Shown: positions 20,642-31,147, counted from the first letter of the stretch. The stretch: 64,000 nucleotides of DNA from Candidatus Latescibacterota bacterium (GCA_965223905.1 CBDCXV010000009.1:256001-320000); one strand, 5' to 3'. Made by a program: numbers and translations. The notes: generated by a model from the letters alone, not told the origin.

Positions 20642-20756
20642 CCCTTCGGCACTGTCCAGGGGCACGGGGGAAAGTTGAATTCCGGTCAAGATCAGTGGCT
20701 GCTGATTTCGGGCCCCGGGATTCCCAGACTCGCGCTATCCACGGTAGTCCCGTCTG

Positions 20757-23264
20757 ATGTTCAATCGCAAAGCGCTTCCGGCAACCGCCGCACTCGGGCT
20801 GCTGGCCCTTCTGCTGTCCATTCACCAGTACACCACCATGGCGCGGTTCGGGGTATTTCCACCCGGCTCAAGGGCAAAAAACTTCTCGGATTTTCTGACG
20901 AGGACCTTCGAAGGCATCGAGTTCGGTCCGCTGGACTACACGCTGCTCGCCGCCATAGCCAGCCTCTTCCTTGCTCTGCTGATCGCGGAACTTCGTGGCG
21001 GCTGCCTGAGCGCCATGCTGCGTGCGGTTTTTTCTGGTGAACGCGGGACGGTCATCCTGCTCGCTGCCGCCGGTTTTGTCGCCGTCCGTGCCTATCTCGG
21101 TCTGGGTGAATTTTCCTGGGGGGCGGATCAACCGCAGCACATAAGCTTCGCTCACATGGCCTCGCGCTCGATATCCGAGGGAGAGCTGCCCATCTGGACC
21201 AACTACCTGGGCACGGGCACGCCGTACCTGCAGTTCTACGGCTTCCTGTTCTTCTATCTTGTGGGGCTCGTCGATCAGCTTTGGCAGGACGTTTTCCTGT
21301 CGCTGAAAGTAGTGATGGCGGTCCTGCACGTTGCCTCGGGTGTGGCGATGTACTTGCTGGCGAGGACCGTGACGCGCTCGCGGAGCGCCGGCTTCCTCGC
21401 CGGACTGGCTTACGTGCTGAGCTTCTGGCATTACCAGCAGATCAGCATTATGGGCCGCTTCCCGCTGTCGCTTTTCTACGCCTTGCTGCCCCTGCCTTTC
21501 TACTTCTTCGAGCGCCTGTCGAGTCTCCGTCCCGCCGCGAATCGGGAGAGACTGGCGAGCGCTCTGGCGGGTGGCATCTGCTTAGGCGCCCTGGCCCTGA
21601 CACATCCCGGCTACGGCTTCTGGGCTACCGTTCTGCTGGCAGTGTACATGGGCTTGCGCCTGTTGGCTATCCCTGGGCACCAACGCCGCGGCCTGATTTC
21701 GTGGTCCGTGTTCCTGTTCGCCGGAGGCCTGGTTTTCGGGGGGTACCTGACCCTGCCGATGTGGCTGGAACGCGAGCATACGGGGCTGCACAGCAGCTTG
21801 GTGAACCTCTCTTCGATTCCGGTCCCTACGTGGCGGCACGTACTGGCCTGGTCGAACTACCGTTTCTGGGTGCTACCCCCGCCCGACCTCGATGTCAACT
21901 GGTACGGCGGGTACGTCGGACTTTCCATCGCAACCGTGGTCGCCGCCGGGGCTGTCGCCACATTTCGCAGCCGCTCCCGGGCCCTGATCCTCCGGTCTTT
22001 GCCGGCCCTCTGCTGCCTCGGGATGACGGTCGTCCTCGTCTTCGGGTACCGGTGGGAGCCCCTTCAATCCCTGCCGGTTGTGAAGATGCTGAGCGCCGGA
22101 CGCTACCTGCTGTTCACGATCTTTTTTCTCACCCTTGCCGTGGGCCCGGCGTCGCAGGGGCTGATGGTCCTTCTCCGGCGCCGGCATTGGCGGGTTCCCG
22201 CGTCGACGGTGATTCTGCTGGCGATAGCCATCGACCTCGGCCCCACGACGTTTCAGCAGCCGTACTGGATACCGCCTCCGGGCATCGATACCGAACGCGA
22301 CATGTTCGGTCAATCCCTGGAGCTGTACAAGCCGCTGCGCGCCCAGGCCGACTCCCTGGACTTGCACGGGCAGTTGCCGGGTCATCGTTCGTTCTGGAGC
22401 AGCCAGGAGTATGGCTATTCCGTGAAAGGTCAACTGTACTTCCATTCGAGGACACCAATCCCCCAATCCTTTCATCCGGGAAAGGTCAGGGCTGCTGCCG
22501 ATTTCGTATCGCCGTTCGCCCAATACTATTCCGCTGTGTTGGGCCGAATGCTCGAAGGGAGAACGGGTGAGACTCTGACTTTCCCGGAGACGGTCTTTGG
22601 CATCGACCATCACGAGGTCGCCCGGTCCGCGTTCAGCATGCTCGGAGTCAAATTCCTCATGGTTTCCAATTCCGACGGACAAACGGCTCTGAGTGACTTG
22701 GGGACTGAAGGTCCAGTGCTCGTGTCTCGGACGATTCTGCCGTTTCCTGGTGAAAAGCTTGCCCAAATCACTGCCAGCGGGGAGCCAAACGATTTCCTGA
22801 AAGCAGAAGGAGCAGATTCGGCCTTTGCAAAGGTCCTTGTCGATTCGTATTACACCCTGTTCCTGATAGCGAACACCAGGGTCAATCCGCAAACCCGGAC
22901 GTGCGAGCGGATCTTCGTGCTCGACGCCGAGGGGCAGGAGCTCTGTACGAATCCGGCCGTCAAGCTCCTCGAGCACACCGTCCGCATGCAGCGGGTCGAC
23001 CTGAAGCTGCGGGTCAGCGAGGCCTGCTTCGCGCGCCTGGCGTACTCCTGGTTCCCGCATCTGCGGGTAACCGTCGACGACCGCGAGGTCGTCCCCCTGC
23101 GCACCGCGGGCGGATTCATGGCGGTGCAACTCGAGGCCGGCGAGCACGACCTGGTCCTGGAGGCGGAGCTCTCGCCGCTGCGGCGGGGTCTGCTTGCCGT
23201 CAACCTGGCCTGCCTGGCGGCGACGGCGTACCTGTTCGCGAGCAACCGGCGCAGGAAGCAGTGA
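20757..23264 (+). CDS. GT-C-type membrane glycosyltransferase, paralog 4
   Basis: Same motifs (GADQPQH...WTNYLGTGTPYLQFYG). Confidence 0.7.
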   Translation: MFNRKALPATAALGLLALLLSIHQYTTMARFGVFPPGSRAKNFSDFLTRTFEGIEFGPLDYTLLAAIASLFLALLIAELRGGCLSAMLRAVFSGERGTVILLAAAGFVAVRAYLGLGEFSWGADQPQHISFAHMASRSISEGELPIWTNYLGTGTPYLQFYGFLFFYLVGLVDQLWQDVFLSLKVVMAVLHVASGVAMYLLARTVTRSRSAGFLAGLAYVLSFWHYQQISIMGRFPLSLFYALLPLPFYFFERLSSLRPAANRERLASALAGGICLGALALTHPGYGFWATVLLAVYMGLRLLAIPGHQRRGLISWSVFLFAGGLVFGGYLTLPMWLEREHTGLHSSLVNLSSIPVPTWRHVLAWSNYRFWVLPPPDLDVNWYGGYVGLSIATVVAAGAVATFRSRSRALILRSLPALCCLGMTVVLVFGYRWEPLQSLPVVKMLSAGRYLLFTIFFLTLAVGPASQGLMVLLRRRHWRVPASTVILLAIAIDLGPTTFQQPYWIPPPGIDTERDMFGQSLELYKPLRAQADSLDLHGQLPGHRSFWSSQEYGYSVKGQLYFHSRTPIPQSFHPGKVRAAADFVSPFAQYYSAVLGRMLEGRTGETLTFPETVFGIDHHEVARSAFSMLGVKFLMVSNSDGQTALSDLGTEGPVLVSRTILPFPGEKLAQITASGEPNDFLKAEGADSAFAKVLVDSYYTLFLIANTRVNPQTRTCERIFVLDAEGQELCTNPAVKLLEHTVRMQRVDLKLRVSEACFARLAYSWFPHLRVTVDDREVVPLRTAGGFMAVQLEAGEHDLVLEAELSPLRRGLLAVNLACLAATAYLFASNRRRKQ

Positions 23265-23353
23265 CCCGGATAGCCGACAGAATGGCAGGTGAACCCGAAG
23301 CTCCAAAAGAGCCTCGAGTATCTCCACCGCCGCGGCTTCTGTAGCGTGCCGCC

Positions 23354-25321
23354 CTACCAGTCGTGGACCCGGTGGCCCTCCACCGGAAACCAGATGACGT
23401 CGACCACTCCCGAAAGCACCACCGCCGCCACGTAGCCGATCCCCATGCCGTAGAAGAACGGCTTGCCGGCGCGGTAGGCGCGCGCGCCGCCGTAGCGGAG
23501 CAGGAGGAGCTTGGCGACCCAGACGAGGAAGAGGCTGAACCAGTAGATGCTGGTTCCCGCGGTGTGCTGGAACGCCAGCCCCATCGGGTGCAGCGGAAAC
23601 CAGTAGTAGCGGCCGCGCAGGAAAGCGAGCGCCGCGGCCTCGAAGAAGCCGGTGAGCCAGACGCCCCACTTGCCGGGATCGAACACGCGCGGGTTCTGGA
23701 TCAGGTGGGTGGTCTGGTCGTAGATCATTCTGAAGGCCCCCATCAGGTGGGTCGTGCCGCCGTGCTCGTAGGCGGTTTCGAGGCTGGCCCAGACTGCGAC
23801 CAGGAAGCCGGTGGGAAAGGCGACGAGCACCGCGGCGATCACGCGGCCCGGCTGCTCCCGCAGCGAGAAGATGCGGAAGTGGTGGGGCAGCGCCGGCCAC
23901 GCCGGCAGCCGGATGTTTCCGAAGAAGGCGTTGCCGGTGAACATCTTGAAGGCCACCACCTGCTGCGTCGAGAGCCGCGACGACCCGATCAGGTCGGTGA
24001 TCAGCGACTCCCCCTTGGCGTGGGCCCAGTTCGGCATCAGGTAGGGGAACCCGGTGGCCGCAATCAGCTTGACGACCACGAAGAAGGAGATCGCCATGGC
24101 GCCGAAGGCGATGACGGCCACCGGCAGGCTGGCCCCGAGGTGGATCCCCCAGGCGACGACGGCGGCTCCGGAAAGCACCAGGCCGGCCGAGGCCAGGCGG
24201 TAGCGCCGCACGTCCGCCCGGTCCCCCTCGCCAAAGCGCACCTGGCGCCACACCTCCTTCAGGTGCCGGCGCGCCAGCCAGACCGACCAGGCGGCGACGA
24301 AGACCATGGCGCCGTAGCTCTCCATCGACAGGATCTCCGCCCCCCGCATCTGCTGGCCCGACTCACCGACCTCGAAGCCGACGGCGTCGAGGCCCCCGAG
24401 CTTGACGACCGACAGCAGGTAGAACAGCACCAGGCTGCCGAGGATGTCCAAGGGGCACAGGTAGGTCACCGCGAGAACGAACGGCAGGACGCGGAAGCTC
24501 AGTCCCGGGAACGGCTGCGGCAGGGTTATGCCCATATGCCGCGTGTAGAGGATGAACTCCGGCAGGCCGAGGAAGAAGAAGGTGGCGACGTTGTAGAGCA
24601 GCGGCAGGAAGACGACGCCGAATCCGCCCCAGAAGAGCCGCGAGCGGAACAGGTCCGGCATGCGGCCGGCGCCGTCGAAGCCCCGGGTCATGTCGAGCGG
24701 CATCTGCGCCAGGGGAAAGCTCAGCTTCTCGGCCTCGACCCACTGGCGCTGGAAGAGGATCACGAGGCAGATGCCGAACAGGAGCATGGCCGCCGACGCC
24801 GCCAGCCACTGCAGGGTCACTCCGATCCAGCCGTCCCAGGGCAGCGGGGCCCCTTTGGGCAACCCCATCCAGAAGTTGCCGATCACCCGGGGAGTCGCTT
24901 CCGGCAGGGCGTGCCAGGGCAGGTAGGGCAGCAGCAGGTCGGCCCACTGGTTCTCGGGGGTGGCCATGTACCCGGGGGCGGCGACGATGGCGATCCAGTA
25001 GTCGCTCCAGCCCCACTGCGGCAGCGCCCCGACGATCCAGAGCATGCTGAAAACGGTCAGCAGCTCCCCCCGGGTCAGGGCCAGGCGCGGCCACAGGCGC
25101 TTGAGGAGGACGTTGGCGAACAGCCACATCACGAACGGCATCAGCGCCACCATCGGGAACTGCGAGCGCACGTAGCTGCCCGAGCCCGAGGTGTGCCCCA
25201 CCATCAGGATGAGATAGGTGAACTGGCCGGCGATGGTCAGGGCGCCGGCGAGGATGCCGCGCAGGGTGATGCGCAGGCTGGCGCCCTCGTCCGCGGCGCG
25301 CGTGCGGGGCTCTTCAGTCAC
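23354..25321 (-). CDS. DUF6785-like multi-pass membrane protein (putative transporter)
   Basis: ELLTVFSM, YMATPENQW, RQWVEAEKLSFPLAQMP, WFPLHPMG, YGGARAYRAGKPFFYG; GTG start at 25321 inferred. Confidence 0.7.
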   Translation of the reverse strand: MTEEPRTRAADEGASLRITLRGILAGALTIAGQFTYLILMVGHTSGSGSYVRSQFPMVALMPFVMWLFANVLLKRLWPRLALTRGELLTVFSMLWIVGALPQWGWSDYWIAIVAAPGYMATPENQWADLLLPYLPWHALPEATPRVIGNFWMGLPKGAPLPWDGWIGVTLQWLAASAAMLLFGICLVILFQRQWVEAEKLSFPLAQMPLDMTRGFDGAGRMPDLFRSRLFWGGFGVVFLPLLYNVATFFFLGLPEFILYTRHMGITLPQPFPGLSFRVLPFVLAVTYLCPLDILGSLVLFYLLSVVKLGGLDAVGFEVGESGQQMRGAEILSMESYGAMVFVAAWSVWLARRHLKEVWRQVRFGEGDRADVRRYRLASAGLVLSGAAVVAWGIHLGASLPVAVIAFGAMAISFFVVVKLIAATGFPYLMPNWAHAKGESLITDLIGSSRLSTQQVVAFKMFTGNAFFGNIRLPAWPALPHHFRIFSLREQPGRVIAAVLVAFPTGFLVAVWASLETAYEHGGTTHLMGAFRMIYDQTTHLIQNPRVFDPGKWGVWLTGFFEAAALAFLRGRYYWFPLHPMGLAFQHTAGTSIYWFSLFLVWVAKLLLLRYGGARAYRAGKPFFYGMGIGYVAAVVLSGVVDVIWFPVEGHRVHDW

Positions 25322-25451
25322 GGAACGGGTGTCGCAATCGAAGGTCCGGTTGCATAGATTGGCCAGCCTTCGCCGGGGCAGGGGTCGCAGGAGCGAGGAG
25401 TTCCGTTCCAATTCCGGCGGTCCCGAACGAGGATACTCAACCGGAGGATAC

Positions 25452-26561
25452 ATGCCGAAGAATACAGTACTCGAACCGGGGGTTCCCGCTGAGACCGGGC
25501 TTTCGGCCGAGCGCCTGGAGCGGGCCGCCGGCCTGCTGCAGGCGGCCCTGGAGGAAAGGGCGATTTCGGCTGCGTCGATCGCGGTCGCCAGGAGGGGAAG
25601 GCTGGTCCTTTCCCGGGGGTTCGGCCACCTGCAGCCGCGCGACGGCTCCCAGGAGGTGCAGCCGGATTCGATTTTCCTCCTCGCCTCGATCAGCAAGCCG
25701 GTGGCCGCCTGCAGCGTCATGCAGCTCGTCGACTGCGGCCTCGTCTCCCTCGACGACCCCGTCAACCTCCACATCCCCGAGTTCATCGGCTGGGAGCGGG
25801 CCAAGATACGCGTCTCCCACCTGCTGTCCCACGTCTCGGGGATGCCGGACATGCTCCCGGAGAACGTCCCCCTGCGGCGGGCGCACGCGCCGCTCAGCGC
25901 CTTCGTCGAAGGGGCGATCCGGACGCGGCTGCTCTACGAGCCCGGGACCTCGTTCCGCTACCAGAGCAAGGGGATCCTGCTGGCGGCCGAGATCGTCGAG
26001 CGCGTCACCGGCGAGCGCCTGCGCGACTTCCAGGAGCGCGAGCTGTTCGCGCCGCTGGGGATGAATCGGAGCGCCCTCGGGCTCGGCGGCTTCGCCATCC
26101 CCGACACCGTCTGGTGCGGCACCACAATGGATGAGGGCGACGAGGCGAAGAGCTGGGGGCAGAACAGCCCCTACTGGCGCGACCAGGGCCACCCCTGGGG
26201 CGGCATGCACAGCTCGGCGACCGACCTCGCGGCGCTGCTGCAGACCGTCCTCAACCGCGGCTCCTACGGCGATGCCGAGGTCTTCAGCGCGGCCGCCTGC
26301 GCGGCGATGACGGCGAACCGGAACCGCCACCTCGACGCCCCCTGGGGCCTCGGCTGGGCGCTGCGCGACTCCAAGGTCTGGAGCTTCTTCGGCGAGCTGG
26401 TGTCGGAGGGAACCTTCGGGCACGTCGGCGCCACCGGGACCGTGGCCTGGGCCGACCCCGAACGCGACCTGGTCTGCGTCGTGCTCACCAACCAGATGGT
26501 GGCCGGCGGCAGCCTGTTGAGGCGGGTGTCGAACGCCGTCGCCGCGGCGGTGGCCGACTGA
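25452..26561 (+). CDS. Beta-lactamase-family serine hydrolase
   Basis: SxxK (ASISKP), LLSHVSG, YQS, FGHVGATG; RBS GGAGG. Confidence 0.9.
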   Translation: MPKNTVLEPGVPAETGLSAERLERAAGLLQAALEERAISAASIAVARRGRLVLSRGFGHLQPRDGSQEVQPDSIFLLASISKPVAACSVMQLVDCGLVSLDDPVNLHIPEFIGWERAKIRVSHLLSHVSGMPDMLPENVPLRRAHAPLSAFVEGAIRTRLLYEPGTSFRYQSKGILLAAEIVERVTGERLRDFQERELFAPLGMNRSALGLGGFAIPDTVWCGTTMDEGDEAKSWGQNSPYWRDQGHPWGGMHSSATDLAALLQTVLNRGSYGDAEVFSAAACAAMTANRNRHLDAPWGLGWALRDSKVWSFFGELVSEGTFGHVGATGTVAWADPERDLVCVVLTNQMVAGGSLLRRVSNAVAAAVAD

Positions 26562-27517
26562 TGCCGGCGGCCATCCCCGAGTGCACCCTCGGGTCGACCG
26601 GAATAACCACCACGGCCCTGGGGATCGGCGGCTACATCGGCGGCCTGGAGCATCCCGGCGCCACCGCGGCCGAGCGCCGGGACGCCGGCGTCGCCGCGGT
26701 GCAGCGCGCCGCCGGGCTCGGCATCCGCTACTTCGACACCTCCCCGGCGTACGGGGCCGAAGGCGAGGCCCAGGAGCTGCTCGGCCTCGGGCTGCGCAGC
26801 CTGACCGAAGAGCAGCGGGCCGGGATCACCCTGTCGACGAAGGCCGGCACCCATCCCGAGCGCCACCACCGCTACGACCGCGACTCCATCCTGTGGTCGG
26901 TCGACGAGAGCTTGCGGCTGCTGTTCCGCGACCACATCGACGTTCTGCTGGTGCACGACCCGGCCGGCGACGAGCACATGGACCAGGCGCTCGCACCCGG
27001 GGGCGCGGTCGAAGCCCTCGAGGAGCTCAAGGAGCAGGGCGCCATCGGCGCCATCGGGTTGGGGGTGCAGAGCCACGCCCTGCAGCGGCGCGCCATCGAC
27101 AGCAGCCGTTTCGACGTCATCCTGCCTTCCTACGACTACCACCTGACCCGCACCAGCGCCGCTCCCCTCCTGCGGGCCGCGGCCGCCAGGGGGATCGGCG
27201 TCATCAACGCCTCCCCCTACAACGGCGGCATTCTCGCCGGGCTGCCCCCGTCGGAATCGGCGAGGCGCCGCGGCGGCTCCCCCACCGACCTCGAGGCGGC
27301 GACCAGGGTTTGGGACTGGTGCCGCGAGCGCGAGGTCGATATCGGGGCCCTGGCGGTGCAGTTCAGTTTCCGCTGCCCCGATATCGACGCCACCCTCGTC
27401 GGTCCGCGCACCGCCGCCGAGGTGGAGGAGAACGTGCGTCACGCGACCGCGGAGATCTCCCCGGAAGTCTGGGAGGAGTTCGGGCGCTTTCAGCCGAGCC
27501 TTCCCGGCATGCAGTAG
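26561..27517 (+). CDS. Aldo/keto reductase
   Basis: GIRYFDTSPAYG, LSTKAG, DVLLVHD. Confidence 0.9.
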   Translation: MPAAIPECTLGSTGITTTALGIGGYIGGLEHPGATAAERRDAGVAAVQRAAGLGIRYFDTSPAYGAEGEAQELLGLGLRSLTEEQRAGITLSTKAGTHPERHHRYDRDSILWSVDESLRLLFRDHIDVLLVHDPAGDEHMDQALAPGGAVEALEELKEQGAIGAIGLGVQSHALQRRAIDSSRFDVILPSYDYHLTRTSAAPLLRAAAARGIGVINASPYNGGILAGLPPSESARRRGGSPTDLEAATRVWDWCREREVDIGALAVQFSFRCPDIDATLVGPRTAAEVEENVRHATAEISPEVWEEFGRFQPSLPGMQ

Positions 27518-27529
27518 GCCCCCCGAACC

Positions 27530-28624
27530 ATGAGAATCACCGGCCTCGACATCCACGAGGTCGCCGTCGACGAGCGCCAGAGCTGGGTCTTCGTGCAGGT
27601 GCACGCCGCCGGCGGTATCAGCGGCCTCGGGGAGCTGAACCCGTCGGCGCCGCGGCGGGCCTGCCTCGACGCGGTGCGGGGAATCGGGGAAGCGCTGCAG
27701 GGCCGCGACCCGCGGCAGATCGGCGAGATCTCAGCCAGCCTCGAGCCTGAGAAGCTCGACCGCCCCGGGGTGCACGCCTTCAGCGCCGTCGAGCAGGCCC
27801 TGTGGGACATTCTGGGCAAGAGCCTGGGGAAACCGGTTCACGCCCTCTTCGGGGAGCGCCTTCACCGGGAGATCCCGTTGTACGCCAACATCACCCGGGG
27901 CACCCGCGAGCTGACCCCGCAGGCGTTCGCGCGCAGCGCCGCCGGGGCCGCGGCCGACGGCTTCGCAGCGATGAAGCTGGCCCCGTTCGGAGGGGAGCTG
28001 ATGAAGCGCGACCGGGCCGCGGCCCTCGCTAACGGCATCGAGTGCGCCCGCGCAGCGCGCGAAGCCATCGGCCCGGAGGCAGATCTGATGCTCGACTGCT
28101 ACGGGATCTTCAGCGCCGGCGAGGCCCTGGAGATCGCCCGCAGGGTGGCCGACCTCGGCCTCTTCTGGCTCGAGGAGCCGGTGGCCGAGGACGATGTCGA
28201 GGGGTACCGCCGGGTAAAGGGGGAGACCGGCCTGCGGCTGGCCGGAGGGGAGCGCTTCATGTTCCGCCGGGGATTCCGCCCGGCCCTGGATGCGGCGCTT
28301 TTCGACGTGGCGATGCCGGACGCGACCGTAGTCGGCGGCGCCGGCGAGCTGTGGAAGGTGGCCGGCATGGCCGCGGACCGGGGAATCGCCACGGCTCCGC
28401 ACGGACCGTTCGGGCCGGTGTTGACCGCGGTGCAGGCCCAGGTGATGGCGGCGCAGCCGTCGTTCCTGATCCTCGAGCACGCCTGGGGCCAGGTGCCGTG
28501 GCGGGAAGACCTGGTGCGGCCGCGCGAAAAGGTGTGGGATGGCCGGCTGCTGCTGCCCGGGGGGGCCGGTTACGGCATCGAGCTGGACCTCGAGGAGGTG
28601 TCGGCGCGCGCTCTGCGCGCCTAG
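27530..28624 (+). CDS. Mandelate racemase/galactonate dehydratase-like enolase-superfamily protein
   Basis: AVEQALWDILGK, LMLDC, WLEEP, AGGE, APH. Confidence 0.9.
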   Translation: MRITGLDIHEVAVDERQSWVFVQVHAAGGISGLGELNPSAPRRACLDAVRGIGEALQGRDPRQIGEISASLEPEKLDRPGVHAFSAVEQALWDILGKSLGKPVHALFGERLHREIPLYANITRGTRELTPQAFARSAAGAAADGFAAMKLAPFGGELMKRDRAAALANGIECARAAREAIGPEADLMLDCYGIFSAGEALEIARRVADLGLFWLEEPVAEDDVEGYRRVKGETGLRLAGGERFMFRRGFRPALDAALFDVAMPDATVVGGAGELWKVAGMAADRGIATAPHGPFGPVLTAVQAQVMAAQPSFLILEHAWGQVPWREDLVRPREKVWDGRLLLPGGAGYGIELDLEEVSARALRA

Positions 28625-28940
28625 CCGCGGCAGAGCTCGGTTCGGGCCGCGGGCACGGCATGGGTCGCACGGCGCGCCCGGGAGGCCTGAATGTCGCAGC
28701 GGATTTCCTGCCTGGTCTCTTCCGCCGCACGTCGAGGCCGGCATTGGTCGACTGGCGCGCCTGGTTGCGGCAGCAGATTGCCAGCTTCGTCGTTCAAGCC
28801 CAAGGGGCCCGCACCGGTCCCGCTTGTTGCCTCGCCCGGTCCCGGGCAAATTGCCCGGCCTTCCCGCCGGAGCGAGCTTCATCCCCGCTGCCGGCGAGTG
28901 CAGCGAATTTCGACTAGCAACCAGCAACAAGGGAGACGAC

Positions 28941-29564
28941 ATGAGAGTAGTAGCAGTCGGTTGCGAGTACTCCGGGGTGAGCACGCTGATAAACCGGATC
29001 TACGCCTGGGGCCGGGAGCGGGGGATCAATCACCATCTCGATGACCACTTCACCATCCCCGACGCCTCCCACCTCGACGAGGAGGAGCAGCGGGCCATGC
29101 TCGACATGCTGCCGGCGATCAAGGAGCGCTTCCAACGCTTCCAGATCGTCTATCACATCCGCCTGCTGTACCGCTACGAACACATCCTGATGGGGGGCTT
29201 CCACATCGAGGAGGCGGTCTACGGACCGCGCTACTACTACCCCGGGAAAAACGTCCACGTCCGCGAGTACGAGCCGGACATGCCGGATGACGTGATCCTC
29301 GTGCACCTGCACGCCCGCCCCGAGGTGATCCGCCGCCGCGGCGAGAGCGATCCCCACCCGCACCAGATGGTGCCGGCCTCCGACGTCGAGGAGGTGCTGG
29401 AGCAGTTCCGCAGCGAGGTCGCCCAGTCCTGGATTCGCCGCCGGTTCGACATCGACACCTCCGACCTGACCTCCGATGAGCTGCTCGAGCAGTTCCTCGA
29501 GCGCTCGATTCCCCAACTGAACCCCACCGACGCCCTCACCCGCCTCCAGACCCGGGAGAGCTGA
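28941..29564 (+). CDS. Hypothetical protein with a degenerate NMP-kinase-like P-loop
   Basis: MRVVAVGCEYSGVSTL; LVHLHARPEVIRRR; IDTSDL. Confidence 0.6.
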   Translation: MRVVAVGCEYSGVSTLINRIYAWGRERGINHHLDDHFTIPDASHLDEEEQRAMLDMLPAIKERFQRFQIVYHIRLLYRYEHILMGGFHIEEAVYGPRYYYPGKNVHVREYEPDMPDDVILVHLHARPEVIRRRGESDPHPHQMVPASDVEEVLEQFRSEVAQSWIRRRFDIDTSDLTSDELLEQFLERSIPQLNPTDALTRLQTRES

Positions 29565-29566
29565 AA

Positions 29567-30715
29567 ATGAAGATCGTCGACATCGGAGCCGTCCTGCTTC
29601 AACCGACCCCGTGGGTGCTGGTGAAGGTGCGCACCGACGAGGGGATCACCGGCATCGGCGAGGCCTACCACGGAGCCGGCGTCCACCACATCGCCGTCGA
29701 CGAGCGCCTCACCCGGCGCGCCCTCATCGGCCAGGACCCGCGCAACGTCGACAGGCTCTTCCGGGACATGAAGAGCTCGATGTCGGCATCGGGGTATTAC
29801 CAGGGAGCGGTGATGAGCGCCATCAGCGGCATCGAGATGGCCCTGTGGGAAATCACCGGGCAGGCGCTCGGGGTGCCGATCTGGCAACTGCTCGGAGGGG
29901 CCTGGCGCGACTCCATCCGCATCTACAACGACTGCCACGCCGGGGAAGACGAGGAGGACCCCGCCTCCTGGGCGGCCAAGGCGAAAGCGGTGGAAGCGCG
30001 CGGCTTCGACGCCGTCAAGTTCGACATCGACCCGCGCCCCGACCGACGCGAACGCTACAACCGCACCATGAGCAACCGCGACATCGCCTTCCACGTCGAG
30101 GTGGTCACGGCGATCCGCGAGGCCCTTGATCCGAACACCGACCTGCTCATCGACGCCCACTGGGCCTACGCCCCTCACGACATCCTCAAGGTCGCCTACG
30201 CGTTCGAGGAGCTGGACCTGATGTGGCTGGAAGACCCGATTCCCGCGGAGAACGTCGCCGCCCTCAAGGAGGTGAAGGCGGCGACGCGCGTCCCGATCTG
30301 CACCGGCGAGAACCTGTACACCCGGCACGGGTTCCGCGAGCTAGTCGAGACCCAGGCGACCGACATCATCTCCCCCGACCTCGCCAAGGCGGGCGGCCTG
30401 TCCGAAGGTCGGCGCATCGCCGACCTGGCCGACATCTACTACATGCCGATCTCACCCCACAACATCTGCAGTCCGATCGGCACGATGGCGATGGCCCACG
30501 TCTGCGCCGCTTCCCCCAACTTCCAGCTTCTCGAGTTCCACCACCTCGACAACGAGGTCTGGAACAGCCTGACGGTGGAGCGCGACCTGATCGTCGACGG
30601 ACACATCCCCCTGCCGCGCGCTCCCGGTCTCGGCGTCACCCTCGACGAGGAGACGGCGCGCCGCGCCGCGCGCGAGGACCTGGGGTTCTTCGATGAGGAG
30701 GGCGACGGGGGGTAG
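29567..30715 (+). CDS. Mandelate racemase/enolase-superfamily dehydratase
   Basis: ISGIEMALWEITG, KFD, IDAHW, WLEDP, TGENL, SPHN. Confidence 0.92.
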   Translation: MKIVDIGAVLLQPTPWVLVKVRTDEGITGIGEAYHGAGVHHIAVDERLTRRALIGQDPRNVDRLFRDMKSSMSASGYYQGAVMSAISGIEMALWEITGQALGVPIWQLLGGAWRDSIRIYNDCHAGEDEEDPASWAAKAKAVEARGFDAVKFDIDPRPDRRERYNRTMSNRDIAFHVEVVTAIREALDPNTDLLIDAHWAYAPHDILKVAYAFEELDLMWLEDPIPAENVAALKEVKAATRVPICTGENLYTRHGFRELVETQATDIISPDLAKAGGLSEGRRIADLADIYYMPISPHNICSPIGTMAMAHVCAASPNFQLLEFHHLDNEVWNSLTVERDLIVDGHIPLPRAPGLGVTLDEETARRAAREDLGFFDEEGDGG

Positions 30716-31010
30716 AGGGAGAGGCTGATGCCTTCGGATAAGTCCGGGCACGAAACGGGGGCAACGCCGCGAGACCAGAGCGCGGCCGGAAATGCGCGGG
30801 AAGTTCCCGGGCTGGCGGAGCCGCTGGGCCCGCACAGACCACGGCTCCGAACGGCGCGCCCATACAAGTGGCGTCGCCGGGCTAGTGGTTCACCGACGTA
30901 GTAATGCTGGATAGAGGAGGTGCAGCTTGATGCGCGCATCCTCGGTGGTGAATTGCCTTGTGCGCGCAGGTGTGAAAATCTTTACTCCGCAACGCTACAT
31001 TGACGGACCA

Positions 31011-31100
31011 CTAGCGGACCAGAAGGTGCCGGCGTGAGCTGCTGGTCCCGTCTTCACGTTAGAAGAGGTATACGCCGCTGGCGCGGTCCGGCCCCGGTCG
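31011..31100 (-). repeat. Degenerate copy of the 3' end of the adjacent S8 peptidase gene
   Basis: Minus strand reads ASGVYLF*...SRRHLLVR* vs ASGVYLYRLKTGNQQLSRRLVFVR* at 31148-31225. Confidence 0.8.
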
Positions 31101-31147
31101 CTGGCTAGTCCAAGGCGATTTTTTTTGAGATCCGGCCAGGGCGGCGG

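Noticed and set aside
12779-23264. Diversity-generating retroelement acting on the paralog array
   Set aside because: No reverse transcriptase, no non-coding template repeat, and differences are not adenine-specific.
25322-25852. Extended overlapping N-termini of the 832-aa and 447-aa ORFs
   Set aside because: More plausible starts at 25321 (minus) and 25452 (plus) remove the overlap.
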